The translations under genes and the position numbers were made by a program. From Rotaria socialis (taxonomy: Eukaryota): a stretch of 44,982 nt of DNA. The notes under the pieces are model-generated. The model did no database searches, was not told where the DNA came from, and saw nothing but the letters and a program-made list of their open reading frames with translations. Shown in pieces: positions 28,181-42,552 of this stretch (positions are counted from its first letter, which is position 1; every line of letters starts with the position of its first letter). The DNA lies in NCBI GenBank assembly GCA_905331295.1, contig CAJNYD010000329.1, positions 1 through 44,982 on the forward strand, in the 5' to 3' direction.

Positions 28181-28705
28181 TTATTGAGATGATGCTGCAA
28201 CAGCTTTTTTGCTTTGTTTGACTTTACCAGCAGATGATACTGGCATTGAATCGGTAGCTGATTTTTTTGGTAACAACAACGAATTGATGTTCGGTAAAAC
28301 ACCACCTTGAGCAATTGTTACATGATTTAAAAGACGATTGAGTTCTTCATCGTTGCGAACAGCTAATTGAAGATGACGTGGAATAATACGTGTTTTCTTG
28401 TTGTCACGAGCAGCATTTCCGGCTAATTCAAGAATTTCAGCACTTAAGTACTACAATAGAGAAATCAATTTTGTTTAAGATAAAAAAATAAACAACTAAA
28501 TTAATCTCACTTCAAGTACAGCAGCCAAATACACTGGTGAACCACCAGCAACTCGTTCACTGTAGCTTCCTTTACGTAAATGACGATGAACACGTGAAAC
28601 TGGAAATTGAAGACCAGCACGAGTTGAACGCGATTTAGCTTTGCTTCGTGCCTTTCCACTACCAGCAGCCAATACACTAGCGTTAGTTTTACCACGGCCT
28701 GACAT
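28181..28705 (-). CDS. H2A: Histone H2A variant with extended N- and C-terminal tails, 154 aa; intron 28451-28510
   Basis: [36 protein letters not shown]...[45 protein letters not shown]...[31 protein letters not shown]. Confidence 0.96.
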
Positions 28706-28974
28706 TATTTTATTATTAATTATTATTAGTAATAGAAGGATAGATAAACTCTTGAGAAAAGTTTGAGATAAACCTAAAAGAAACGTTTCTTTTTCTATAT
28801 ATAGCCATAGTCCGCGCACACACCAATCAACCAATAGAAAGTCAACAATCGTGTATTTCTATTCGTTCATAAAATTTGTCACTGTAGTGGTCTATTTAAG
28901 AATACCTAGTGACTCGTGTTTTTCTTCATATAATCGATTGTTCTACGTTAAACAGCCGTTTAAACAAATTCAAT
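28706..28974. promoter_or_regulatory. Bidirectional H2A/H2B promoter
   Basis: Divergent ATGs with a 269-nt gap; TATATATA at ~28796, CCAAT at 28823 and 28831, TATTTAA at ~28893. Confidence 0.75.
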
Positions 28975-29418
<444 letters not shown>

Positions 29419-29481
29419 ATGGTGCCTTGTTTATGAGATAAATAATATCATGTCTCATTAGAAGAATCCTTAAAACCCAAC

Positions 29482-29497
29482 AGCCCTCTTTAGGGCT
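29482..29497 (+). promoter_or_regulatory. Histone 3' stem-loop (H2B)
   Basis: AAAACCCAAC-AGCCCT-CTTT-AGGGCT-ACC. Confidence 0.92.
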
Positions 29498-30239
29498 ACC
29501 TATACTCTATATTTAAAAAATATGGATTGGTCATAAAACAAACTTCTCGTATTTGCGCTCTTCTAACATTAAAAATATTTAATAAATAATTTTCAAACTG
29601 GACTGTGATGGTAAATTGATCACAAAAATTTTGATTTTTTGTACAACGATCATGCAATTGAATAATTTAGAAAGCTTAACTCACAGGATTTCTTTATGGA
29701 CTTAATAGTTCGAAATTTTTGCGTACGAGAAGATTATTGCATACATTTTTTTTCGTGCTTTTCGAAATTAGAAAAAAAGCATCGAATGAAATTTGTTTCC
29801 ACGATTCTGATTCGGTGTACAACGATGAATTCAATGCGAAAATTTCCGCTTGTTACAATTTTTCCTTTAGATAGCTAACAGCTTATTTTTTAATTGAAAA
29901 AAAGAAATGTTTCTATTGCCACATGACCGGAATATAACCTCCGTTTGCATTTTTGTTTTTACTCTACATGCATCGATGCAGAATCATGTCATTGTTCGAC
30001 AGACCTATTACAACGTTCTGCATACTTTTATGTTTTTAACAGATTCAATATAATTCTTCCGATTTACAAAGCGACCGATGGATTCTTATTTCCATTTATG
30101 ATCTTTTTCGAGAAATAAATTTCAGTCGAACAGTTTCAAATATTCGATAATTACTTTTACATAGAGAAAAAGAATTCTACAGTTTCTTCAGTGTATTGCA
30201 ACTCGATGCCACAAATTTGAATTTAGAAAATGAAATGTT

Positions 30240-30255
30240 AGCCCTAAAGAGGGCT
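30240..30255 (-). promoter_or_regulatory. Histone 3' stem-loop (H3)
   Basis: AAAACCCAAC-AGCCCT-CTTT-AGGGCT-AAC on the minus strand. Confidence 0.92.
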
Positions 30256-30324
30256 GTTGGGTTTTAGTAATTATAAGAGAGCGGTATTAATCATCCCTTT
30301 TTTTTGAACTTGGATCGTAATTAT

Positions 30325-31468
<1,144 letters not shown>

Positions 31469-31548
31469 GCGGTTGTCTGCTTGCTTGGCCGGATGAGATG
31501 AATAAAATCACTCTCAAAATCGAATAAAAAAAACCACTAAAACCCAAC

Positions 31549-31564
31549 AGCCCTCTTTAGGGCT
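31549..31564 (+). promoter_or_regulatory. Histone 3' stem-loop (H4)
   Basis: AAAACCCAAC-AGCCCT-CTTT-AGGGCT-AAAC. Confidence 0.92.
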
Positions 31565-32762
31565 AAACATTTTCTTTTTTAAATTCGAATTTGTGGATCG
31601 TATAATAACACTTGAATACATACAGTTCGTTTAGAGGAAATTTCAGAATGTGAAATAAAAGTTGAATGTAATGGTTTATGGTGATGTGCACTAAATGCAA
31701 CCTACACAGGCAGAAAGAAAGTTATTCGTTGAGAAGGAAGCGGATTACAATATGTGTAGTGAAAATAAATGAGAAAATATGTTGAATGTGGAAAAGCCTT
31801 CAAGGAATCTATTTTGTTGAATCGAAGAAAAAAAGCAGGGTTTTCTTATCAAGTGTTTTTTTGCATTCGAAAAAAGGATTGAATATTAGTTTATGATTTA
31901 GAATGGTGACGAGTACGATGTTTCTAAGAAGTCAATTGAGTTGCTATTCTTAGTGATACATTTTCACTCTTGGAGAAATATACAGTTGGATAAATAAAAA
32001 ACTTTTCATGCGATATTAAATCGATTCGTATACTTCATATTTTAAGTTGGAAAATAGTCACTAACAATGAACATCTAAAATCAAATCAGTAGCGTTTGTG
32101 ATCTCTCAATCTGAATGAAGGGAAGTGTAGAAATGTATGATACAGAGGTAAAGAAACGGAAAATAACTAGAAATGTTTTCACTGTTACACGTTTCTGAGA
32201 AACGATATAATCAGCAATCACAGAAAGTAACAAATAGCTACAAGAATTATATATGGGTCTGCTTGTTTTTTCGCCATCTCAATCAATAAAAACAAAGTTG
32301 AATAGAATTTCGACAGCTTTAACACTAGAGATTTTTTTTCTGAGTAAATCACGTTAGTGGTTTATTTCGAAAAAGTATGAAATAAAACTCTGTATTTTTT
32401 TGTGTTAGTTTTCCATATTGAGAAATATTTTGACTTTCTTGGTTTAGATTTACAAATTTGTTTTCAAATAGGTAAATACACCGTTTATTTTGTCCCTATT
32501 GCGTATGAAATTTTGTATTTGATAAAGTTGCATTAAATAGTGATTAAAATATTGAATGTATCACTATTTTTGTTTCAATTATATGGAAGGCTTCAACAAG
32601 TTCATCCATCTTCAAATCTCTACTGTGTAAGAGAACGAATCAGGTTTCATTGTTGACCCTCTACGTATGTCTATCGATTGGATAGAACAGAAGGCAAATA
32701 TGAATCGTTTTTTTTTTTCGAAGGAAGAAATGCAAAATATTGCTGTTTCATAAATCGATACA

Positions 32763-35700
32763 ATGTCGAACGATGATCCGGCAATAATACCCAAACAAGG
32801 TTAACGTCTAGTATTTTTTTTTGTTTATCTATATTTTGTATGAACGATCAATTTAGGATGGTTAAAAGTTAAATTGAATTCTCAAGCTAAATGGCATCGT
32901 CGATACTGTATTATTGATTGGGACAAAGCTATTTTATTTATAGCATCTAAAGCCGATAGAAATTATCGAGATTATATTAAGCTTTTACCTAACATTTCAA
33001 TGAATGAATACGAACCTTCTCATGACAACATCATTGAAATTAAAGCAGCCAGTAAGAAATATATTATAATTATAGTAAGAGAATGTTATTTTATTTCGAA
33101 TTTCAAAGATGAGACGCATTTAGTACAAGCGGAATCAAAAAATGAATATGACTGTTGGTTCTTAGCATTAAAACAAACTGCTTATAGTCGATTTGGTGGT
33201 GGTAAGTTTTATATTCGAGAAAAAAACCTTTCGTAATTATTTATTTTCAATTGATTTCATCATCGATTTATATAATTGAATTCGTCATAGCTGTTTCAGA
33301 ATATTTCAATGTAAAACTAGTTGCATCTGAAGTATATAAAACGAGTAATTTAGCATCTTTGATGCAGAGAAGCAGAATTTTATTAACTTAAATTTGATAG
33401 AACTGAAAAACAAGCATGAAGCGCTGTCTGTATTATTCATTTAGCTATTTTTGGTCAATCATTAGAAGATACATATAAATATTCTCTTGACAAAACATCT
33501 CTTGTGCCTTTAATTGTTCGTCATTGCTGTAAGTTTCTTCTCGAGCATGGTTCGACATTTGTCGGTTTATTTCGGTAAAAATCTCTAATTAGATATTTTC
33601 GAATAAAATTAACAACCGTCTAATAATTTAGAATACCTGGAAAACAATCTTCTATTAAAGAATTACGCGATATGTACGATCGTGGTTTAATAGTCGAACT
33701 AAACGATACACATTCGCCAGCAACCATATCTTCATTGTTAAAAATGTATTTACAATCATTACCAGAACCAATAATTCCAATAAAAGATTTTGATGAATTT
33801 TTTGAAATTGGTTCAAGTTTTAAATACAATGTAACAAAAGATATTGATCGTCTAAAAATATTGATCGAAAAAACATTATCAAAAACAAATTATGCACTTT
33901 TAGCATATATATGTTTATTTTTAAAAAAATTTACTGAACATGTTCATGAAACCAAAATGGATACTGATAATTTAGCTTTGACTGTTGGAAATAGTCTTAT
34001 TAGAACATCTGAAGTATTAGATCTCAATATGGTCAAAGGACATAAGTAAAATAGTTTTGTTTTTGTTTCATTCTTTGAAGAACATCTGTTTCACTGTTTC
34101 AGTTACAATCTATTGCCATTAATTAAAGCATTTATTGATCATAGCGACTATCTTTTTTCAGTATGATTTCATTTTACATCGGGCAGTCAAAAAGTAATGG
34201 CAATGGTACTTTAGTTTGTTATAAGAAGCTTTAAAAACCTTTCGTTCTATATAGTCTGACAGACAAAAAAGAATGCTCTATTTTTCTATGCTATTTGATT
34301 ATACTTCAGCTAGTCTAATGATAATAAATTTTCAGTAAGACTTTTTTCGTTACGACGTCTGCTGGATGACAACGGAAGAGACAGATTAGTCTCAGTCTCT
34401 TAATATATTGTATCAGCAATCAAAATATACCATAAGATGTAGCATGAAAAGCTCTACATTTTATATGCGACCAATTATTTTCTAGTTACACTGTTTTATT
34501 TTTAAAATACACAAAGGCTTGGAGGACCAAACTTTGGGCATTGCGAAAACTGGTATCACAGAATTTTCGTTTTTATGAAGACAGTTACAATAAACTTTAC
34601 TGTGAAGATTGTAGAGTTTTTCGCGCTGCATTTTGTGATGCATTTTGTTTTCCTTTTGATAAAGTGTGTCAGATGATAAGACAATGGAACAAAAAAAAAA
34701 CGTTCGCCATGTATCAGAAATATTATCTATTTTTCTTAGTCGAAATTTGACAGCCCGAAACCTTGTCAATTTTTATAAAATGTAGAACTTTTCGCGCTAC
34801 ATCTTAATGTATATTTTGATTATTGATGCGATGTATTAAGGAACTGAAAACTGCAATGCAAACTTACATCCAGTAGATATGGTAATGAAAATAATCTTAC
34901 CGAAAATTTATTATCATTAGATTAGTTGAAGTATAATCATATAGCATAGAAAAATAGAGTATTATTTTCTCTGTCAGATTAAATAGAAAGAAAGGTTTTT
35001 AAAGCTTCTTATAACAAACTAAAGTGCCATTGCCATTACTTTTTGACTGCCCTATGTAAATCGAATCTTTTATTCAATTTTTTTTGCGAAATAAATTTAG
35101 GCTGATTTAGATGAATCATCTGAACAAAATAATGAATCAATTGCAAAGTCCAGCGGATTTTCATCATTTTCTTCACTTTTATCATCTAATGAACAGCCGG
35201 CTCGAGCTCGTTTACGTTCATCTTCAATGCCATCTATACATTGTCCAAGATTTTCATCGATGGACAGTGAAAATTTAAGTTATACTGACCCATCCGACAG
35301 TAAAGATGCGTATTATCGTTCAAAATTACTGCTAGAAAAACAAGCCAGTGATAAATCTGATCAATTAGAGAGTCAGCAATCTTTTACAACATGCTTTGAA
35401 AAAGATTTTTCAATAAATCAAGAACATACTGTTAAATATTTCAATGATGAAAGTCCTGTACAAAAGCAATTTTCTAGTATTGAAGTGGGAAAATACGAGG
35501 AAAGAGTTCGACCACAATCAATGATAACAGAACAAAACCATTCATTAGGTAAAGATTCGAATTCATACTTTTGTTTTCTAAATAATTAGAATTAGAATGA
35601 AAGTTGTTCGAAAATAAACTCTCATCGAGTTTACGTAAGAATTTCTATCATAGAATTTTCTTTAAAAATACTCTTGTTTTTGCTCTACAGAATTAGATAC

Positions 35701-36822
35701 ACATGATTTATTATTATTACTTCAAAGAGCTGATAATAGTGAAATTCATGTCTCTATTTTTTCACCATTCCAATAATCAATTAAGAATTCTGTCTAGTTA
35801 CTAATCTATGATTTATTACGATTGTGTCCCTATCCTACAGTGATGTGATTTTCGTCGCATACATCTACATTATTAATCAACCGTATACTTAATTGATTTC
35901 TTCAGTTGAATGCTGACTGTCATCTTTATAGACGTGTGAAATATATTTTATGAATAGAAAAATTTTTAAATTAATGATTACTCGGTGATATTCAAAGATA
36001 ATATAAAAATTGGGTAAAACAACATAGAATAGTTTCTTTTCCCGTTTCATTGGATTTCTAAATGAGTTAATGCAAAATAATAGATTCGAAAATTGCTCAG
36101 ATGTTATAAATAGATAAATCTAAAAATTCGCATAAAGCAAACAAATCTCTATAGATGATCGAAGTATTGTTTATCAGTATTTTTAAAACTCCTATTTACT
36201 GTTAATCATCTGAAAATCTTAAAGTTTTCTTTAAATAGAAAATTCAAAACTTATTTAGTAACATTTGTATATCCTAACAAATAAGTCGTTTTTCCTAAAA
36301 TTTATATTATACCTGTGAGCTGCAATAATAATTTAGTTTTTGCTGTTTTCTAATTATATCTTGCACAATGTAGATACATCCTCTCAATTATTATCAACAA
36401 CCAATACTTCATCATTGATGCGTAAAACACAAAAAAAAACTTTCGTTAACAAGTTCGGTAAATCATTCTCAAACTTTAAATCAAACATGACAAAAGCTTT
36501 TCATCCAAGTTTTTCTTCAATTGAAGCTATTGAACATTCAAAGACAATTGGTATATCATCTCCACTAGCAGTTGATCCATATGAAACACGTCATATTTTT
36601 GATTCCAATGTATTAACTGCTTGTTTAAAATCGTTACAAAATGAAAATCGTCTTCTAAAAGAATTAATAGATGAAAAAGAAACTCTATTAATTAACTTAA
36701 CAAAAACATCTAATGAAGAACGTCTGAAATATGAAAACGAAAACGCCCAATTGAAACAAACAATTAAACAATTACAAATCGAAAATTCTCAGTTTAAAGC
36801 TCGTTATCAATCAAATAGTTAA
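32763..36822 (+). CDS. PH + RhoGAP + C-terminal coiled-coil protein, ARHGAP22/24/25-like, multi-exon
   Basis: PKQ/GWLKVK..KWHRRYCII (PH), GGAIFGQSLEDTYKY, VPLIVRHCC, GLFR/IPGK arginine finger, SLLKMYLQSLPEPII, TKMDTDNLA, coiled-coil last exon. The 5' start is uncertain. Confidence 0.85.
34177..35056. mobile_element. Foldback Tc1/mariner-type MITE with long TIRs in a RhoGAP intron
   Basis: TA-CATCGGGCAGTCAAAAAGTAATGGCAATGG... versus ...CCATTGCCATTACTTTTTGACTGCCCTATG-TA. Inverted identity runs for roughly 190 bp; TA duplication. Confidence 0.92.
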
Positions 36823-36964
36823 GCAATTTATTTTCTGTCTTTCACAACAAATTTTTCTTGTGATATTTTTGTATAGTGTGATCAATAATCATTCTTTCAT
36901 TTGTGAAAATAGTTAACGTTACTTTTTTCATTCGATATTTTTTAGATACGAAATTTAAAAAATA

Positions 36965-38448
36965 ATGTCTATAGTAGACAATAATAAAGTCGATACAATT
37001 GATAATCAATCAGATGATGCCTATGCTACACCAATTAGTCCGTTATCACCAAAAGAAAAATCACCAGCATCAAATGAACAGCAACAAGAACAAAAGGAAG
37101 AATCTATCAATGAAATGCAATCATTAATACAATCATCGAATGATTTAACATTTCCATTAGAAGATTCATGGTCATTTTGGTTTTTTAAAAACGACCGACA
37201 ATGCGAGTGGAAAGATAACTTAATTCTCATAACAACTGTAACAACAGTTGAAAGTTTTTGGTCTGTTTATAATCATTTGCAAGTTGCTAGTCGACTTGGA
37301 CAAGGTTGTGATTATTTTCTTTTTAAGACACATATCGTAAGTTTGAATCCTTTTTTTTTTAAACTATTGATATTAATGAAAAGTACGACTTGAAAATAGA
37401 TCCGTTCAAACTAGGTCCGACTCCCTTCCCATGAGAAGATCTCAACAATTGATTAAAGTACGTGAAACCTCATTTGAAGCTGATAGGAAATGCTTCTATT
37501 CTATGGCTTCTAATCAAGACTATGAACGACTACGACATTCTTATAGGTTCTGCGTTCACTACAAACGATTCAAATCTTTTGCTTATTACTGTACCGATGA
37601 TGCATGTTGATGGTACTTTGTTTTTAAGAAAATACTTCAACTTTACGTAGAGTTATAGATGAATCTGCCATTTTCTTACGGCAATACGAAACATATTTGT
37701 TTTATAAAATTCATTTTTTATGGCAAAAAAAAACAACAGCAGTGTAAGATCCCAAAAAAATATCATGTAAAACTATTCTCATGATATTTTATCTCTGTGC
37801 AAAGTTTTCATAAGAATGTAATCTGTTCGATGCAATCAGCTCAACGTTCGAATACTTATGCTAAATTATGCTACATGATCTTGGAATAGAATGACATGAT
37901 TTCTCTCTTTATTTAGCAACCAATGTGGGAAGATCGATTTAATCGTTCTGGTGGTCGATGGTCTTTAAATTTAAATAAAAGTCAACGAGTCACTGAACTT
38001 GATAAATATTGGCTTTTTACGGTTGGCTTTCATAAATTCATTTCCGGCCATTCCTATGTATTCCTTTTTTAATAGCTACTTTCATTAATTGGTGACCAAT
38101 ATACAGATGATGCACAACATGTAAACGGTTGCGTTGTATCAATACGAAGTAAAGGTGATCGAATAAGTTTATGGACAAAAGATTGGAAAAATTCTGATGT
38201 TACAAAACGAATAGGGTAAAGAAATTTTAGTAAAAATTTTCTTCTAATGAAATTTTCTCTCTCTCGCGCTCTCTTGATTGTAGAAATCGATTTCGTGAAG
38301 TAGCGGATATTCCTCGAAATTTAGCTTTAATTTTTGAAGTAAGTGTCATATCGTTAAACAGACACAATGCAATGAATAAATCGTTTAGAGTCATGAAGAT
38401 CAAGAGTCGAAACGTGGAGCAACATCGAAAATTCTTTTTCGAGCTTGA
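36965..38448 (+). CDS. EIF4E: Eukaryotic translation initiation factor 4E (class I), 5 exons
   Basis: PLEDSWSFWFF, EWKDNL, VESFWSVYNHL, DYFLFK, PMWED, GGRW, VNGCVVSIRSKGDRISLWT. Stop TGA 38446-38448. Confidence 0.95.
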
Positions 38449-39859
38449 ATGAATTTTTATTCTTCATATTGTTTAGCTTCAGAAGTCTGTTCGTATTAAT
38501 TTATCTTTTGTATGCGATTCTACCATACGCAAAAAGAAAACTTTTTCAATTCAATCCATGGGGTTTTTGGTTATTGTGTGTTTGTAGTGTGATTTGTTAT
38601 TTCTTCATTATATTCATCTAAACGATTGGATCTGACCTTTTTTGACTAATTAAATTTGCCCTTCCACATTGTTAAATTTTCTTTTCTTTTCTTTTTTGTT
38701 TTGTGTTTTATTTAACGTAATTCTTTTCAAAAAAAAAGACAATATTGAAAGTGAATATAACTAAACTATTTGTAAGAAAGACAATTTCTTTTGTGCTATA
38801 CACAAAAAAATGACGAAGAAATTAATCTTTTCTGTTGTTTGTTATTTTCTCGTTGTTGTTATTTAAATAAACTAATAAAATAAATCAAGAAGTAATAAAA
38901 CAGTAAACAGATGTTACATAGTTTTTGTGCAGTATGAATTTCAACAGTACCTATTCTTGCGTTTTATTATGCAGCTGGTGCTTTTGCATTTTCAAGCATC
39001 GGCAAAAAAGTATACTTGAAGATAAGGTTTTCTCTCTCTCTCTTTCAAACACATATACACTCTTACAAGGACATAATACATTCATATCTCAAGTATGCTT
39101 ACATAATCGAGTATTTCGATATTATTCGAAATTCTTGCTACAGATACAATAGGGAATACAATGCTGTCAAAAGGTCTGTTCAATTTTGAGGTAGGAAGAT
39201 ATTGATTTATTTTTATAGAAATCTAAAACTAGACATTAAAATTAACGTCTTCCTGAGAATATCATTTTTGTGAAATCAAGGTCATTGGGACAAAAATGAA
39301 CTACTCGAAATATAAGCAATTGTGTACGAATACAGTTTAAATTTTCTTGGTTTCGATATCAAAAATAACTTTTTTCGGAATTTAATTACTGAAGGCATCG
39401 GTATATTTTCAGCTCTTTTATCTTAGTTTTACTACGCTGAGTGCATAAATGTGAAATCTAAAGCAAAATGGTATTTTAATCATAACAAAATGGTCTTTTT
39501 TTTGTATTGTATATTAGAATAGTTTTAAAGGGATGAGTATTTTTTGAAACTGATTGATTTATTTTGATTATTCCTACTATTGCGTAATTACATAAGTGTT
39601 GTGAAAGAGCAGCACATATCAAATATCTATCAGAATATATATTTTTATTTTTATGATTATTATGTCTCAATAAAATTTTACACAAGCTGAAAGTTTTATC
39701 GAGCAAAAAGTTATCGACGCGATAATCACCACTTGAATGATTTTATTTGAAACTGTCTCATGATACTGTTTTGAAATGATTTCTTTTTATTCAAATGACC
39801 AAGATATTGCTTAAGATTTAACTAAATCTTTAATATTTAAATGAAATAAACTATAATTA

Positions 39860-40400
39860 AGAAGAAAAAATGTGAAAACTTCGGATTTCATTCGAGAGTT
39901 ATGTGTACTACAAAAAGTGCATGGGACATATGAGTCATTCTAGAATGTCTGAACACCAAAATTATCATGAGAAACTAGGCAATTTGATTTCTGGATGCAG
40001 TTTTTGTGCATTTTGAAACGTTTTTCAGGCGATGTTTCGTTAGAAAGCTACGATTTAGTTCAAAACTAATATCAGATTCGGAATCAGCGTTAAAAACTGA
40101 GCCGATTTATATATGTTGTGGATAATTCTGAGAGAAAAAAGTTTTTTTTGAAAAATCCCTGTACCCCTCCTCAGGGATGGCCTGATCAAAAATGACAATT
40201 TTTTCGATAACTCAACCATTTCTTGAGGGATTCTTCTCATCTTCGAATTCGACCGAGATATTCATGAGATTGAACTGTATGGAAAATTTCATCATGGTCT
40301 GGCTCTCCTTTCGAATGTTATTGTGCCTACGGCCGGTCGGACACACTGACCGATTCTAGAGTGTACTTACTTTTTGCATACACAAAAAACACGAACTTTT
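39860..40400. mobile_element. Non-autonomous dispersed repeat (possibly Helitron/Helentron-like)
   Basis: 39860-40135 is an inverted copy of 1-280. It continues into GGAAAATTTCATC and CGGCCGGTCGGACACACTGAC motifs resembling DINE-1-like elements. Class assignment and boundaries are tentative. Confidence 0.55.
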
Positions 40401-41741
40401 AATGGTCTTGCATAGAATGGTTGAATTAAGATGTGTCAATTTTTTTCGTTCAAAAACATTTCTCATATGACTAGTATCAAATAATGTAAGAAGATACTTT
40501 TAAAAGCTAACAAGGTTATTAACTGATTATGAATGTGTTGAGTTGATAGTATTGCATAACAAAAACATAATTGTTCACTAGCTATTAGAGATGATGCAAC
40601 AACACAGTTTAGTGTAGGAGAAAATAGATAAGCAATGTATGATGGCATTTCTGGCATTCCTATTCGATTGATTGTCCTTTATCTAGTAATAACAATAGCG
40701 TTAATTACTAAATATTATTTCATTTTAATATCTATCGTGCTCTTGGATTGTTTTATTTCTTACAAGCACTATTTTACCAAAAGGAAAACAAAATACTATT
40801 GAATAGAAAGTAATTTATCCCTACATGATATCAATTCAAAGCATGCTGAGTTTCCATTGTTTAACGCTAGTTAGTTAGTCGATCAAGTACGAGCCATACT
40901 TTTTAGATGTTATCGATAGATTTCTTGACAATTCTATCACTGGTTTTCTTTATTTTAAATTTCTTGTTTTTTTTAAGAAAGAAAATTTCAATAAGACTAA
41001 AAACACTAATGACTTTGATCGTAACGACCGGTATGAAACAATTACAATTGTATTTATTCAAATAAATTATTGGAAATGATTGCTACTTAGTTAATGTAAC
41101 AAAACATAATGTTATAACAAAAGAATATTTTTATTAAACTAATGAAGAAGTTCATTCGCTACAATAGCCTTAAATAATCACGCTGCTCAACTCATATTTA
41201 TATATATGATGTCCAAACTTGATAAATGAACTGGATTCAAACAAATATACACACGTTAAATAGCTTCTGCTGATATTGATGACGTGAGAAAGATAATCAT
41301 TTCATGCCATATCAACTGTTATATATTTTTTCTAGCTTGTATGCTTATCATTGGAAATGTTACATGACATGAAATGATTCAGGTTAGGTTATCAAGGAAA
41401 CAAATAAGATTTGATCTAATAAAAAGTATTTCAATCCTAACGAAATATTGAGTAATGAGATGTTAGATCGAGTCATAGATACACTGCTATGAAAGATAAA
41501 TCAAATATCAGTATTATGATTCTCAAGCAATTGAATCGATACTTTACCATAATAAAAATAACCACATATTCAATTTATTTAAATAAGATCAAGTGCTATA
41601 GAATTTCCTCGAGTGTTGTATTTCTTTTGTTGAATCTGATTAAGGTTGAATTTTTTTAAATTTAATAACTTTTGAATAGTTGATTGATTCATCTAAAATG
41701 ACTTTTACCTATTGTAAGACATGTGTGATGATACACATTGG

Positions 41742-42153
41742 CAGGGGTGGCTTATTAGTGCTAACTAATTTCTCTTCTGAATAAACATCAAGGGGGAAAA
41801 GCGAATTTCTGTATTTCTAAATATTTCTGAGTATTTCTACGTATTTCAATGGATTTCGATGTATTTCTGGATTTCTAAAATACGTAATTCTAGGTATTTC
41901 AGAAATCCAGAAATCCATCGAAATACGTAGAAGTACTCAGAAATATTTAGAAATACGCTTTTCCTCCCTTGATAAACATACTGTCGGGGGTGTAACACCC
42001 CCCAATATTCGAAAACATTCCGATCAATTTAGAAAGACGAAAAATAAATACGAAGTATGAACATATGAAACTTTTATATTTTTCAAACGCGCTAACTTGA
42101 AACATAACTTGATACCCCACCCCCTCAAAGTTCAAATGATCGCGTCACCCCTG
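41742..42153. mobile_element. Possible older hAT-like MITE hosting the palindromic element
   Basis: CAGGGGTG ... CACCCCTG ends and an internal GGGGGTGTAACACCCCCC palindrome; no matching target-site duplication. Confidence 0.4.
41789..41971. mobile_element. Palindromic hAT-type MITE with internal 9-nt repeats
   Basis: TIR CAAGGGGGAAAAGCG ... CGCTTTTCCTCCCTTG; exact 8-bp duplication ATAAACAT at 41781-41788 and 41972-41979; (GTATTTCTA)-like arrays mirrored in both arms. Confidence 0.9.
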
Positions 42154-42552
42154 TCTATAAGTAACAATTCAATGCGACAAAGGGAGGGTGTTGATCTTCA
42201 CGTTGCCTGCACCTTTATTGAAATATATAAGAATTATTTCTAAAGATATCTTCAGACACTGCACGAGTATGTTTTCATTTCCGATGAATATCTGAAGAAT
42301 TGCTGAAAATCTCTGATAGGATTAGAAATGAGAATTAAATATTCGATAAAAAAATTTCCTTTATTCAATTTCCAAGAATACCTATTGATCATCTACATGA
42401 AAAATAAATCAAGATGTTATAATTTCACTTTTGTCTATCTACAGTTCTCGGTTACAGTGCAAGTTTTTGTACCGTTTATTCAAATAAAATTTGTTTAATT
42501 TTTCGTCTATATAATTTGAATTTTATTCAATAGAAAATGAAAATGCAAAAGA

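Noticed and set aside
34482..34769. ORFs inside the long-TIR element as a transposase
   Set aside because: Short, with no DDE/D or HTH signature visible.
35837..35920. C/D snoRNA-like pattern ACAG-TGATGT...CTGA-CTGT in a RhoGAP intron
   Set aside because: Box C is imperfect, the terminal stem is only 4 bp, and no rRNA-complementary guide was recognised.
37380..37900. Possible TE insertion in the long eIF4E intron
   Set aside because: Repeat-like composition, but no termini or TSD could be defined.
41800..41960. Short repeats resembling a CRISPR array
   Set aside because: Mirrored 9-mers without unique spacers inside a MITE; eukaryotic context and no cas genes.
42290..42312. CTGAAGA...GAAA as a second hammerhead
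   Set aside because: No stem II or stem III pairing.
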